64,000 nt of DNA, from assembly GCF_943788425.1 (NCBI RefSeq), contig NZ_CALSQF010000005.1. The stretch is one strand, 5' to 3'. Made by a program: the position numbers and the translations under genes. The notes below the pieces were generated by a model. It made no database searches. It was not told the DNA's origin and worked only from the letters and a program-made list of their open reading frames with translations. Below are positions 21,773 through 32,466 of the stretch, piece by piece (the first letter of the stretch is position 1; each line of letters starts with the position of its first letter). The DNA comes from an uncultured Planktomarina sp. GTDB taxonomy: Bacteria > Pseudomonadota > Alphaproteobacteria > Rhodobacterales > Rhodobacteraceae.

Positions 21773-22966
21773 TCACCCTGCCGAAGCCTCTTCAGCCACT
21801 TCCTGGGCGATAATGCGGGCCACAGTGGCGCAATCATCCGAAGAGAAGGTCAAAGGCAAACGCATATCAACAATACCGTGCAGGATTCGATCGCTTTTCC
21901 GCATGGCGCTGCTCGGCGCATAGGTCCAGCTATCATAACGGCTGGTGAATCCAACCGGATCTGGAGCCCCAAACCATTTTAGCTCCACCCCACGGGCCAA
22001 ACAGCGGGCCAGTACAGATCGGATCGCCTCTGCTGGCCAATCGAGCAATAGGAATTGATAGGAGGAGGCAACAAATTTTTCTTGCTGCGGCCGCTTGATA
22101 CGCGTGAGGCCCGCAACATCAGCAAGCCCCTGGTCCACCACGCGATAGCGATCATTCCAAGCGGTGCATTGCGCCTCAAGCTGGCGCAGCTGTGGTCGCA
22201 AAATCGCAGCGCGCAGATTATCCATCCGCCCTGAGATATTGGGGGTGACCAGCCGCACCGCCTCATAAGCCTCGCTCGGCGGCCCTGCTCGGTGTTTTCC
22301 ATAGAGCATATAGCTGCCCGACAACATGATGGCCCGCGCCATAATTTCATCATCATCACAGATCAAAAGACCGCCTTCGCCGGAATTCACATGCTTGTAG
22401 GTTTGGCAGGAATAACACCCAATGATCCCAGCGCGCCCCGACCAAGTGTCGCTCCATTTCGCGCCCATTGTATGGGCGCAGTCTTCAATCACTTTGAGAT
22501 TATGCGCCTGCGCCAGAGCCATCAAAGCATCCATATCGACAATATGCCCGCGCATGTGAGACAACATCAAAATGTCGGCTTGATCGGCCTTGGCCGCCAG
22601 ATCCTCAAGATCAATTACCAAAGCTTCCGTTACACCAACAAAGATCGGTACAGCACCAACAGAGGCAATGGCCCCGGGCACAGGCGCCAGTGTGAAAGCA
22701 TTGGTCAAAACCCGATCGCCAGGCTTCACGCCCAGCGCGCGCAGCGCAGTCGCAAGCGCATAGCCACCCGAGGCCACGGCAAGGCAATAGCGCGCGCCCA
22801 TTTGCGCGGCAAACTCCTGCTCCAAAAGTGCGGTTTGCGCCACTTCATCCGCCGCCTCGTTGTAGCGATGCAACCGCCCGTGCAGCATGACTGCCACGGC
22901 CGCCTCGATCGCTTCGTCCAAAATGGGTTCTTGCTGGGTGAAGTTACCCGTGAATATCTCTGTCAT
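21773..22966 (-). CDS. DegT/DnrJ/EryC1/StrS-family PLP aminotransferase
   Basis: 397 aa with typical family architecture. Substrate not inferable. Confidence 0.75.
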   Translation of the reverse strand: MTEIFTGNFTQQEPILDEAIEAAVAVMLHGRLHRYNEAADEVAQTALLEQEFAAQMGARYCLAVASGGYALATALRALGVKPGDRVLTNAFTLAPVPGAIASVGAVPIFVGVTEALVIDLEDLAAKADQADILMLSHMRGHIVDMDALMALAQAHNLKVIEDCAHTMGAKWSDTWSGRAGIIGCYSCQTYKHVNSGEGGLLICDDDEIMARAIMLSGSYMLYGKHRAGPPSEAYEAVRLVTPNISGRMDNLRAAILRPQLRQLEAQCTAWNDRYRVVDQGLADVAGLTRIKRPQQEKFVASSYQFLLLDWPAEAIRSVLARCLARGVELKWFGAPDPVGFTSRYDSWTYAPSSAMRKSDRILHGIVDMRLPLTFSSDDCATVARIIAQEVAEEASAG

Positions 22967-23082
22967 GCGGCAGGTTTTGGTCTTGCAGCCAGCAAAGTCA
23001 ATCCACTTTTACCTGCCATGTCGCAAACAGATCAGAATTTACATGCTTGCATGGCAGGATTAAGACTACGGGAGAAGCCGAT

Positions 23083-24399
23083 ATGACGACACCAAACGGA
23101 ATTTTAGACTTCATTTCTGAGATCTCCTGGGACGACCTGCCACCGCAGGTGCGCCTGCAAAGCAAATTGTGCCTGTTGGATCTCATTGGCGTTGGAGCCG
23201 GTGGCGCCAGCACAAAATTGTCTGGCATTATCCGCGATTATTGCGCTCTGGATATGAGCGGTGCGCTGCCCATGATGTTCGACGGGCGTGGCGCCTCGGC
23301 CTCGGGTGTGGCGCTTGCGGGCGGGATGACCATTGATGCGCTCGATGGCCATGATGGCTTTAACCCGGCCAAAGGGCATGCGGGCTGCGGCGTGCTGCCG
23401 GCGCTATACGGGCTGACGCAAGAATTAATCGATGTGACGGGGCAAGAATTTTTACTCTGCCTCACGCTTGGCTATGAGCTGGCCTGCCGCACTGCTTTGG
23501 CGCAGCACGCCAGCGTTCCAGATTATCACACCTCCGGGGCTTGGGTGGCGGTGGCTGTCGCCGGCATAGCCGCACGCCTGATGCGGCTCGACCGTGCGCA
23601 GACTGCGCATGCCATGGGGATTGCAGAGTATCACGGACCCCGGAGCCAAATGATGCGCTGCATAGATCATCCGACCATGCTCAAGGATGGCTCAGGTTGG
23701 GGCGCAATGTGCGGGGTCGCGGCGGCACGGTTGGCCGCGGCAGGCTTCACCGGCGCCCCTGCGCTCACGCTTGGCACAGACCATTGGCAAGATTTGGGAG
23801 ACCGCTGGCTCATCTGCCAACAATATTTCAAGCCTTATCCAGTCTGCCGATGGGCACAGGCTCCGATTGCAGCGGTGCTGGACCTGCAACAGCGCCACGG
23901 CTTTGCCAGCCAAGATATCACGGGTCTGCACATCGTATCCTTTCATGAATCAGTACGATTGGGGACGAAACAGGTCACAACGACCGAAGAGGCACAGTAT
24001 TCAACCTCTTTCCCTTGCGCCCTGGCCTTAGTGCATGGAACCATTTTGCCCGAACATGTCGCAGATGCAGCGCTGAACCACCCGGAGGTTCAGCGTCTGT
24101 CATCGATTTTAACCATGGGCGAAGACGCGTCTGCCAATTCGGCATTTCCGAACCGGCGAATGGCGCGCGCTGAGATTACTCTGGCGTCAGGAGGTCACCT
24201 TCAATCTGATTGGTTCGAACCAGAGTGGGACCCAACGGCCCCACCAAGCCAAGAGGATTTAAAGCGAAAATTTTTCAGCTATGCCGGCCCCGCTCTGGGC
24301 CTCGCGCGCAGCCAAGCGATCCACCACGCTGTTGAAACCCTTGATCACGGCTCCAACGCGCAGCCCTTGCTTGATCTTCTGGCTCAACCAATCAGCTGA
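23083..24399 (+). CDS. MmgE/PrpD-family protein
   Basis: ORF trimmed to ATG 23083 (MTTPNGILDFISEISWDDLP...). PrpD-like length and N-terminal signature. Confidence 0.75.
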   Translation: MTTPNGILDFISEISWDDLPPQVRLQSKLCLLDLIGVGAGGASTKLSGIIRDYCALDMSGALPMMFDGRGASASGVALAGGMTIDALDGHDGFNPAKGHAGCGVLPALYGLTQELIDVTGQEFLLCLTLGYELACRTALAQHASVPDYHTSGAWVAVAVAGIAARLMRLDRAQTAHAMGIAEYHGPRSQMMRCIDHPTMLKDGSGWGAMCGVAAARLAAAGFTGAPALTLGTDHWQDLGDRWLICQQYFKPYPVCRWAQAPIAAVLDLQQRHGFASQDITGLHIVSFHESVRLGTKQVTTTEEAQYSTSFPCALALVHGTILPEHVADAALNHPEVQRLSSILTMGEDASANSAFPNRRMARAEITLASGGHLQSDWFEPEWDPTAPPSQEDLKRKFFSYAGPALGLARSQAIHHAVETLDHGSNAQPLLDLLAQPIS

Positions 24400-25052
24400 G
24401 CCACGACATCGGGCAAATCGTCAAAGTGATGCAGCAAAGCTGCAGGCACCAAGGCCTCCATATCCCCCCCACCGGGCCCGAAGGTCACCAGCACCGATGG
24501 GATATCAGCATTCGCAGCGGTTGAGCGATCTGTCACCGTATCACCAATCAAACAGACCCGCTTGCGATCTCCGCCAGCACGGTCGACCGCTTCCCACAGC
24601 GGCGCTGGGTCTGGTTTGCGCTGCGCCAGAGTGTCGGCGCCCACCAAAGCGTCAAAATGGGCGCTGGCGTTTAAAGCCTGCATCAATTGAATCGCTAGAG
24701 CTTCGGGCTTATTGGTGCAAATCGCCACCGCATATCCAGACGCCCGCAGCCGAGCCACAGCATTCAGGGCACCGGGATAGAAGATCGTCAATTCCGAAAT
24801 ATCAGCGCCATAGGCCTCAAGTAAGATAGGATATTGCCGATCTATTTCTGACATATCCGTCCAGCCGGCTCGTTCAAACCCCGCCAAGAGCATGGCCCGA
24901 CCGCCGCGCAAAGCTGTACCGCTGTCCCTTGGCGCCTGCAGCACGTTTCCCAGCCCAAGGCCTCGAAAACAACTATTGGCCGCTTTCAGCAAATCGCCAC
25001 TGGTATCGGCAAGCGTGCCGTCCAGATCAAAGACCACACAGGGTTTGAGCAT
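24384..25052 (-). CDS. HAD-superfamily hydrolase (phosphoglycolate phosphatase-like)
   Basis: ORF 24384..25412 trimmed to ATG 25052 (MLKPCVVFDLDGTLADT...) with GGAGG upstream. DxDGT motif I and C-terminal GDTVTD. Confidence 0.8.
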   Translation of the reverse strand: MLKPCVVFDLDGTLADTSGDLLKAANSCFRGLGLGNVLQAPRDSGTALRGGRAMLLAGFERAGWTDMSEIDRQYPILLEAYGADISELTIFYPGALNAVARLRASGYAVAICTNKPEALAIQLMQALNASAHFDALVGADTLAQRKPDPAPLWEAVDRAGGDRKRVCLIGDTVTDRSTAANADIPSVLVTFGPGGGDMEALVPAALLHHFDDLPDVVAQLIG

Positions 25053-25170
25053 ATTCTTGCCTCCTTGGTTACGCCAATTGCAAAAAGCGGCGTTTATGCA
25101 AAACAGCTTGTCGATTTCCACTATACCCTTAAAAGGGCTCCATTGATTTATAAAGGACTTAGATCCGCAA

Positions 25171-26523
25171 ATGAATATCGCACTCATCATTCTTGCCGCA
25201 GGAAAAGGCACCCGGATGCAATCTGAGCTGCCGAAAATTTTGCACAAAGTGGCCGGTGCACCCATGTTGGTCCACGCCATGCGCGCCGGGCGGGCTTTGG
25301 AGCCTAAACGGACCATTATTGTCGCAGGCCATGGCTTTGAAGCTGTAAGCGCCGCCGCCCACACCGAAGATCCGGACGTGGAAATTGCCGTGCAAGAGGC
25401 GCAATTGGGCACAGGCCATGCCGTTGATCAAGCCCGGGACGCATTGGGTGATTTTGATGGAACGGTCCTTGTGCTGTACGGCGATTGCCCCCTCATCCAA
25501 ACGCGCACCCTCGAAGAGTTGACGGCCACCCTCAACGACTCGGCGGTATCCGTGCTCGGATTTGAAGCAAAAGACCCGGCCCGATATGGCCGTTTGATCA
25601 CGGATGGTGACAAATTGAAGCGAATTGTTGAATTCAAAGATGCAAGCCCGGCAGAAAGAGCGGTGACGCTTTGCAACAGCGGCGTCATGGCCGCGCCCGC
25701 ACACCTCCTTTTCGACCTTCTGTCTGAAATTGATACGGACAACGCCTCAGGTGAGCTCTATTTGACAGATGTCGTTGGCAAGGCCGTGGCGCGGGGGTTG
25801 CAATGTGCTGTAGTCCGCTGCGCGGAACGCGAAACTCTGGGCGTCAACAGCCGGGTTGAGTTGATGCAAGCTGAAAAAGAGTTCCAAAATCTGCGCCGCG
25901 CGGAAGCTTTGGAAGATGGCGTCTCCATGCCGGCACCCGAAACCGTGCATTTTTCCTTTGATACCGTCATCGGCCGGGATACGGTCATTGAACAGAACGT
26001 GGTGTTCGGCCCGGGTGTCACGGTCGAAAGTGGCGTCCAGATCCGCGCATTTTCACATTTGGAAGGTGCGCATGTCTCGCGCGGTTGCATCATTGGCCCG
26101 TATGCCCGCCTGCGCCCGGGCGCTGAACTGGCGGAGGATGTGAAAATTGGCAATTTTGTGGAAATCAAGGCCAGCGCGCTCGACGAAGGCGCCAAAGTCA
26201 ACCACCTGTCCTACATTGGCGATGCGCATATTGGCGCCCGGGCCAATATTGGCGCCGGCACGATAACGTGCAACTATGATGGGGTGATGAAACATCACAC
26301 CTATATTGGCGAAGAGGCCTTTATCGGCTCAAATACCATGCTGGTTGCACCGGTCACAGTCGGGCAAGACGCTATGACGGCCAGCGGATCGGTGATCACG
26401 CAGAATGTGCCCGCCGGAGATCTCGCGATTGCCCGGTCCAAACAGGATAACAAACCCGGTTTTGCTCTAAAATTGATGAAAAGATTGCGCGCGCTCAAGG
26501 CCGCAAAACAAAACAAAAACTAA
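25171..26523 (+). CDS. glmU: bifunctional GlcNAc-1-P uridyltransferase / GlcN-1-P acetyltransferase
   Basis: 450 aa. LAAGKGTRM motif and a C-terminal hexapeptide-repeat domain. Confidence 0.93.
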   Translation: MNIALIILAAGKGTRMQSELPKILHKVAGAPMLVHAMRAGRALEPKRTIIVAGHGFEAVSAAAHTEDPDVEIAVQEAQLGTGHAVDQARDALGDFDGTVLVLYGDCPLIQTRTLEELTATLNDSAVSVLGFEAKDPARYGRLITDGDKLKRIVEFKDASPAERAVTLCNSGVMAAPAHLLFDLLSEIDTDNASGELYLTDVVGKAVARGLQCAVVRCAERETLGVNSRVELMQAEKEFQNLRRAEALEDGVSMPAPETVHFSFDTVIGRDTVIEQNVVFGPGVTVESGVQIRAFSHLEGAHVSRGCIIGPYARLRPGAELAEDVKIGNFVEIKASALDEGAKVNHLSYIGDAHIGARANIGAGTITCNYDGVMKHHTYIGEEAFIGSNTMLVAPVTVGQDAMTASGSVITQNVPAGDLAIARSKQDNKPGFALKLMKRLRALKAAKQNKN

Positions 26524-26534
26524 GGATTGAACCC

Positions 26535-28358
26535 ATGTGCGGAATTGTTGGCGTATTAGGAAATCACCAAGTCGCTCCAATCTTGGTCGAAGCACTCAAA
26601 CGCTTGGAATACCGCGGCTATGATAGCGCCGGTATTGCCACAGTAAACGCAGGCCATCTCGAACGCCGCCGTGCGGTTGGCAAGCTCGTCAACCTGTCTG
26701 ACCGTTTGGTTTCAGAACCTTTGTCGGGCAAATCGGGCATAGGCCACACCCGCTGGGCGACCCATGGCACTCCCACAATCGTGAACGCCCACCCCCATCA
26801 AGCCGGTGCTGTGGCTGTGGTGCACAATGGCATTGTGGAAAATTTCAAAGAGTTACGCTCCGCATTAAGCGCTCTAGGTGTGAGCCATGAAACCGACACA
26901 GACACGGAAACCGTCGCGCTGTTGACCCATCACTATATGTCCGAAGGCCACAGCCCCCAAGAGGCCGCGCAAAAATCGATAGCCCGCCTTGAGGGTGCGT
27001 TCGCCCTCGCGTTTCTCTTTCAAGGCGAGGATGACTTGATGATTGCTGCGCGCAAGGGCTCCCCATTGGCGATCGGCCATGGCGATGGCGAATCCTATGT
27101 GGGCTCGGATGCCATTGCACTCGCCCCTTTGACCGATAAAATCACATATATGGAAGAGGGTGATTTTGCCGTGATCACCCGAACATCTGTTGAGATTTAC
27201 GACGAAAACGGTAGTTTGGCCGATCGCGAAACCCGCACGATCACCATTGATGCCGCAAGGGTGGACAAAGGCGGCTTTAAACATTTCATGGCCAAAGAGA
27301 TTGCCGAACAGCCCTCTGTGCTGAAAAAAACTCTGAGCCGCTATCAAAACGCGGATGCCTCAGAGGTTGAATTGCCAGAACATAGTATTGATTTGGCCCA
27401 TATTGACCGGCTGACGATGGTGGCTTGTGGCACTGCCTTTTACGCTGCACTGACAGCAAAGTATTGGTTTGAGAAAATCGCGCGCTTGCCGGTCGATGTC
27501 GATGTCGCCTCAGAGTTTCGCTACCGCGAACCCCCGGTCAGCCCAGGAACCTGCGCCCTCTTTGTCAGCCAATCGGGTGAGACCGCAGATACGTTGGCGG
27601 CGCTGCGCTATATGGCCTCGCAAAATGCCACCATTCTGTCAGTGGTGAACGTACCGGAAAGCTCCATTGCGCGGGAAAGTGATCTGGTGTTGCCAATTCA
27701 TGCGGGGGTCGAAATTGGTGTCGCCTCGACCAAAGCCTTCACCGCGCAGCTGACGGTGCTGGCCCTGCTGGCCATCAAAATCGCCTATACCAAGGGTACA
27801 ATTGATACCGCGCAATATCGTGCCTATATCGCAGAGCTCAACCGCTTGCCGGGTCTGATCAGCCAAGCGCTGAGCATTGATAGCGCTGTGCAAAATATTT
27901 CAAAGAAATTAGCGGCGGCGCAGGATATTATCTTCGTAGGGCGGGGCGCGCTCTATCCTCTCGCCATGGAAGGCGCCCTCAAGTTAAAAGAAATCAGCTA
28001 TATACACGCAGAAGGTTATCCATCTGGCGAATTAAAACACGGACCCATCGCCCTCATTGATAAAAACGTACCTGTGGTGGTCATGGCCCCTATGGATCCA
28101 CTTTTCGATAAATCTGTCTCCAACATGCAAGAAGTTATGGCCCGATCTGGCCAAGTGCTGCTTATCTCCTGCAAGCAAGGTCTCAAGACAGCGGCAGAGG
28201 GCACCTGGGCACAAATCACGATGCCCACAACCCCTGATTTGCTGGCCCCCATCGTCTACGCCATCCCGGCGCAGCTGCTCGCCTATCATACGGCTCAGGC
28301 CAAGGGCACCGATGCCGATCAGCCACGCAACCTGGCAAAGTCCGTTACGGTTGAATGA
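26535..28358 (+). CDS. glmS: glutamine--fructose-6-phosphate aminotransferase
   Basis: 607 aa. N-terminal MCGIVG nucleophile and C-terminal ...KSVTVE. Confidence 0.95.
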   Translation: MCGIVGVLGNHQVAPILVEALKRLEYRGYDSAGIATVNAGHLERRRAVGKLVNLSDRLVSEPLSGKSGIGHTRWATHGTPTIVNAHPHQAGAVAVVHNGIVENFKELRSALSALGVSHETDTDTETVALLTHHYMSEGHSPQEAAQKSIARLEGAFALAFLFQGEDDLMIAARKGSPLAIGHGDGESYVGSDAIALAPLTDKITYMEEGDFAVITRTSVEIYDENGSLADRETRTITIDAARVDKGGFKHFMAKEIAEQPSVLKKTLSRYQNADASEVELPEHSIDLAHIDRLTMVACGTAFYAALTAKYWFEKIARLPVDVDVASEFRYREPPVSPGTCALFVSQSGETADTLAALRYMASQNATILSVVNVPESSIARESDLVLPIHAGVEIGVASTKAFTAQLTVLALLAIKIAYTKGTIDTAQYRAYIAELNRLPGLISQALSIDSAVQNISKKLAAAQDIIFVGRGALYPLAMEGALKLKEISYIHAEGYPSGELKHGPIALIDKNVPVVVMAPMDPLFDKSVSNMQEVMARSGQVLLISCKQGLKTAAEGTWAQITMPTTPDLLAPIVYAIPAQLLAYHTAQAKGTDADQPRNLAKSVTVE

Positions 28359-28441
28359 GTTAAAAGTCACGTATATAGAATTTAAAACTCAATTACTAAT
28401 CATAACATCACAGCCTGGCAAAGCCGGTCACAGCTCATTCA

Positions 28442-29194
28442 TCACCCTAGGGCTGACAGAGCGGGAAATTGCTCCAAAATCCACCAGCTGAACTGGGTAA
28501 ATTGCCCAGTCACCATCATCAGCCCAACGGTCCAGAGCAGCAACCCCATGATACGTTCGATCCGCATCATATGACGCTTCATCCAAGCCATCAGCCCTGT
28601 GAGAGACGGAAAGAACACCGCCACCAACACAAAGGGAATACCAAGGCCCGCCGCATATGTGGCGAGCAAGATGATCCCTTTTGCGGGATTGGCGGTATCG
28701 GCGGCAAGCGCGAGGATTGTGCCCAAAATGGGCCCCAAACAGGGCGTCCAGCCAAAGGCAAAGGCCAGCCCCAAAATATAGGCACCAAAGGCCGAGCCAC
28801 CGCGGTCACCCCCCGCGATCCGCGCTTCCCTGTCCACAAGGCCAATGCGGATGACGCCTAGGAAATGCGCTCCAAACACCATGACCAAGATGCCTGCGCC
28901 GCTGACAAACCAATCTTGATTGGACAAAAACAGGCGGCCAAAACTTGAGGCGGTAAAGCCCAGCAAGATGAAGACGGTGGATAGGCCCAATACAAAGAAT
29001 AGAGCGGCCAAAACCACGCGCCGGCGCGCCTGCGCTGTGGCGCTCATGTCATCCATGCTCACCCCGCCCATATAGGCCAAATAAGGTGGAACAATGGGCA
29101 GTACGCAGGGGCTCACAAAGCTGATCAACCCGCCGAGCAGCGCCACAAACATAGCCGGAATCAGCCCGGCATCCCATAGATCAATTCCCAACAT
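28442..29194 (-). CDS. ccdA: cytochrome c biogenesis thiol:disulfide transporter CcdA/DsbD family
   Basis: 250 aa with 6 TM segments. SPCVLP and TPCLGP motifs. Confidence 0.85.
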   Translation of the reverse strand: MLGIDLWDAGLIPAMFVALLGGLISFVSPCVLPIVPPYLAYMGGVSMDDMSATAQARRRVVLAALFFVLGLSTVFILLGFTASSFGRLFLSNQDWFVSGAGILVMVFGAHFLGVIRIGLVDREARIAGGDRGGSAFGAYILGLAFAFGWTPCLGPILGTILALAADTANPAKGIILLATYAAGLGIPFVLVAVFFPSLTGLMAWMKRHMMRIERIMGLLLWTVGLMMVTGQFTQFSWWILEQFPALSALG

Positions 29195-29377
29195 TAAAGC
29201 GGCCTTTTCTGGTCTTGGGCTGTCTTAGGCTATCTAAGCGCTGGCGTCATCTGAAAGTTTGTCACATCACTGTGCCCATATGATCGGCAAAATACCCCCT
29301 GCTGCCTCTGGCGCGCAGGAAAATTTTACGGCATGCAGGACGCAGGAGATTGCAATGATCGACAATGGGGCGCTGTG

Positions 29378-29611
29378 ATGACTTGGGACGAAGACTTGGA
29401 TGCCATTGGGCTCTTATGCCCCTTACCGGTGCTCAAAGCCCGCAAGCGTTTGATGGCAATGGCTCAGGGGGCGGTCTTGTTGATGCGGGCCGATGACCCA
29501 GCAGCCATCATTGATGTGCCGCATTTCTGCGCTGAGGCGGGCCATACTCTGATAGCGCAATACAGCGAGGGTGCGGAATTGCAATTTTTCATTCGCAAAA
29601 GCGACAGCTAG
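29378..29611 (+). CDS. TusA-family sulfurtransferase-like protein
   Basis: Trimmed to ATG 29378 (MTWDEDLDAIGLLCPLPVLKARK...). CPxP active-site motif. Confidence 0.75.
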   Translation: MTWDEDLDAIGLLCPLPVLKARKRLMAMAQGAVLLMRADDPAAIIDVPHFCAEAGHTLIAQYSEGAELQFFIRKSDS

Positions 29612-29635
29612 GCTTAGGTCTCACCGGTGAAGATA

Positions 29636-29663
29636 AAAGGGCCCCGCAATCGCGGAGCCCTTT
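29636..29663. terminator. GC-rich hairpin between convergent genes; rho-independent terminator for rne (weaker for the tusA-like gene)
   Basis: AAAGGGCCCCGC-aatc-GCGGAGCCCTTT. On the minus strand the stem is followed by TTTTATCTT. Confidence 0.6.
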
Positions 29664-29679
29664 GCATGTGGCAATATCT

Positions 29680-32466
29680 TTAGCCGCGTGACCACCAACC
29701 GCGTTTTTTGGGCGCAGCCGGTTTTTCGGGCGCAGGCCCCGATTGCGCAACCGGCGTCGCGATCGCGTCTGGTGCCGGTTCGGGTTCCATGGCTTTTGGC
29801 GCAGAGACTTCCGCAGGCACATTAGCCGCGGTCTCCTCGACCGGAATGGCTTTTTTCACAGCAGGTTTGCGCACGCGCTTGGGTTTTGCCGCAGGCTTTT
29901 CAACCGGGGCCTCTGGCACCGTCTTTTCAGTCACAACGACCTCGTCGACCACAGCGGCAGGACCGGCGGTTTGCGCTACCGCGGCCTCCTCAGCCTCACG
30001 CTGCGCTTTAGTTTTGCGCGGTTTGCGCACTCGTTTGGGTTTTTCGGCTGGCGGTGTTTCCGCCACTGCCGTAACATCCTCGTCCACCGCAACAGGCTCT
30101 GGCGCGGCGGCAATAGCGACTTCCGCCGCCTCAGCCTCTTGAGCAGAATGATCTTCAGAGTTTTCCTCAACCTGCTTGTCCGCAACCGGATTGTCATCAA
30201 CAGGCTTAGCTTTCGCCCCACCGCGTGTTCGGCGGCGGCGTTTTGGCTTATCCTCTTCGCCGGCACTTTCAACAGCAGCTTCGTCAGCCGCCGCCTCATC
30301 GTGGGATCCATCCTCTTGGCTCGACTCGCCCACCACCGCATCACTGCCGCCCCGCCGACGGCGACGGCGACGGCGACGCTTCTTCGGCGCATCTCCCTCT
30401 TCGGTGGTTTCAGTAGCCTCAATCACATCAGCCTGATCATCCTCTTGACCTTGCTCGTCAATTTCTTCCATCAAAGCAAAATCCACTGAGCTGACCGTCG
30501 TGGCGTTTGCCGGAACGATGCGCGTGGCAGTCTTGAATTTCTCAATCGTATAATCTGGGCTTACCAAGAATGGATCCGCTTCGATCCGCACGGCCATTCC
30601 ATGGCGTTGCTCTATCTGACTGATATGCTCACGCTTTTGATTGATTAAGAAATTAGCAATGCTGATCGGAGCTTTAATCAGCACTTCTTTGGAACGGGCA
30701 CGCCCCCCCTCTTCTTCCAACTCACGCAGAATGGTCAGACCCAAACTGTCTTGCGAGCGGATCAAACCGGTGCCGTGGCAATGAGCGCAGGGCTGCGTAC
30801 TGGCTTCCAACATGCCTGGGCGCAAACGCTGCCGGCTCATCTCCATCAGGCCAAAGCCACTGATCCGACCCACCTGAATGCGTGCACGATCAGATTGCAG
30901 CTTATCTTTCAGGCGTTTTTCGACCGCGATATTGTTGCGGCGTTCATCCATGTCAATGAAATCAATCACGATCAACCCGGCTAAGTCGCGCAAGCGCAGT
31001 TGACGCGCCACCTCTTCGGCGGCCTCCAGATTGGTGTTCAAAGCTGTCTGCTCAATGCTACCCTCTTTGGTTGCACGGCCTGAGTTTACGTCAATGGCCA
31101 CCAAAGCCTCGGTGATGCCGATGACGAGATAGCCACCAGATTTCAGCTGCACCGTGGGGTTAAACATTCCATCCATAAAGGATTCGACCTGAAAACGGGC
31201 AAAGAGTGGCATCGGATCCACATAATGCTTCACGTTTTTAGCATGGGACGGCATGATCATTTTCATGGTGTCTTTGGCATTGCGATAGCCCGCCGCACCT
31301 TCTACCAAAACTTCATCAATATCGCGGTTGTAAAGATCGCGAACCGAGCGTTTGATCAGATCGCCCTCTTCATAAATAGCCGCTGGAGCAGATGATTTTA
31401 ACGTGAATTCACGAATTTGTTCCCACATGCGTTGCAGGTATTCGTAATCGCGTTTGATTTCCGTCTTGGTACGCTTCGCGCCAGCCGTCCGCACAATCAA
31501 ACCTGCCCCTTCAGGCACAACGATTGTCGTAGCTATTTCTTTGAGTTTCTTACGGTCAGCGGCATTGGTAATTTTACGGCTGATCCCGCCGCCGCGCGCT
31601 GTGTTAGGCATCAACACGCAATAGCGACCCGCGAGCGATAGATATGTGGTCAAAGCTGCACCTTTGTTGCCGCGCTCTTCTTTGACCACTTGGATCAACA
31701 TGATTTGGCGCACTTTGATCACTTCTTGGATCTTATAGCGCCGTGGACGTGGCTTGCGCACCGGGCGCACATCTTCGCTGTCATCTTCCTGGGCTACAGA
31801 TTCGATCCCATCGTCGGACAGATCGTCCTCATCTTGATCTTGCTCGCCCGCGTCATCCTCGGTCTCAAGAGCTGCCTCGGGATCAAGCACCGAATCATCG
31901 TCCTCAGATCCGGTATCCGCCTCTGGGGCAGCTTCTGCTGTATTCTGGCTCTCAGCGGTTTCGGGTGCAGCCTCAAAAGGGTCACTATCCATCAAAGGCG
32001 CTGTCGTTTCCACCGCTTCCTCCGGGATGAGATCAATGGTCTCCATCCCATCAACGGCGCTCACTTCCCGCGTTTCAATGGGATCTGAACTGCGCTGCGC
32101 CGCAGGTTTTCCCCGGCGTCGTCGCGTGCGCTTAGGATTTTGCTCTTCCTGCTCAGCTTCCGCCGCCATAGCTTTCGCATAGGCTTTTTCTTCGGCCATC
32201 AAAGCTTCACGATCCGCAACTGGGATCTGATAGTAATCCGGATGAATTTCAGAAAAGGCCAAAAACCCGTGACGATTGCCGCCGTAGTCAACAAAGGCAG
32301 CTTGCAACGAGGGTTCCACCCGCGTCACTTTTGCCAAATAAATATTGCCAGCTATTTGCCGTTTGTTTTGTGATTCAAAGTCAAATTCCTCAACTTTGTT
32401 TCCGTCCACCACCACAACACGGGTTTCTTCCGCGTGCGTGGCATCGATAAGCATCTTTTTTGCCAT
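29680..32466 (-). CDS. rne: ribonuclease E
   Basis: Trimmed to ATG 32466 (MAKKMLIDATHAEETRVVVVDGNKVEEFDFES...). S1 and catalytic domains, then a long low-complexity acidic/basic C-terminal half that includes a 9-Arg run. Confidence 0.93.
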   Translation of the reverse strand: MAKKMLIDATHAEETRVVVVDGNKVEEFDFESQNKRQIAGNIYLAKVTRVEPSLQAAFVDYGGNRHGFLAFSEIHPDYYQIPVADREALMAEEKAYAKAMAAEAEQEEQNPKRTRRRRGKPAAQRSSDPIETREVSAVDGMETIDLIPEEAVETTAPLMDSDPFEAAPETAESQNTAEAAPEADTGSEDDDSVLDPEAALETEDDAGEQDQDEDDLSDDGIESVAQEDDSEDVRPVRKPRPRRYKIQEVIKVRQIMLIQVVKEERGNKGAALTTYLSLAGRYCVLMPNTARGGGISRKITNAADRKKLKEIATTIVVPEGAGLIVRTAGAKRTKTEIKRDYEYLQRMWEQIREFTLKSSAPAAIYEEGDLIKRSVRDLYNRDIDEVLVEGAAGYRNAKDTMKMIMPSHAKNVKHYVDPMPLFARFQVESFMDGMFNPTVQLKSGGYLVIGITEALVAIDVNSGRATKEGSIEQTALNTNLEAAEEVARQLRLRDLAGLIVIDFIDMDERRNNIAVEKRLKDKLQSDRARIQVGRISGFGLMEMSRQRLRPGMLEASTQPCAHCHGTGLIRSQDSLGLTILRELEEEGGRARSKEVLIKAPISIANFLINQKREHISQIEQRHGMAVRIEADPFLVSPDYTIEKFKTATRIVPANATTVSSVDFALMEEIDEQGQEDDQADVIEATETTEEGDAPKKRRRRRRRRRGGSDAVVGESSQEDGSHDEAAADEAAVESAGEEDKPKRRRRTRGGAKAKPVDDNPVADKQVEENSEDHSAQEAEAAEVAIAAAPEPVAVDEDVTAVAETPPAEKPKRVRKPRKTKAQREAEEAAVAQTAGPAAVVDEVVVTEKTVPEAPVEKPAAKPKRVRKPAVKKAIPVEETAANVPAEVSAPKAMEPEPAPDAIATPVAQSGPAPEKPAAPKKRGWWSRG

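Noticed and set aside
25053-25412. A long N-terminal extension of the HAD hydrolase ORF (24384..25412), overlapping the glmU start region.
   Set aside because: The HAD motif I (DLDGT) begins right after the internal ATG at 25052, which has a GGAGG ribosome-binding site. The extension overlaps the glmU promoter and start and has no homology signal.
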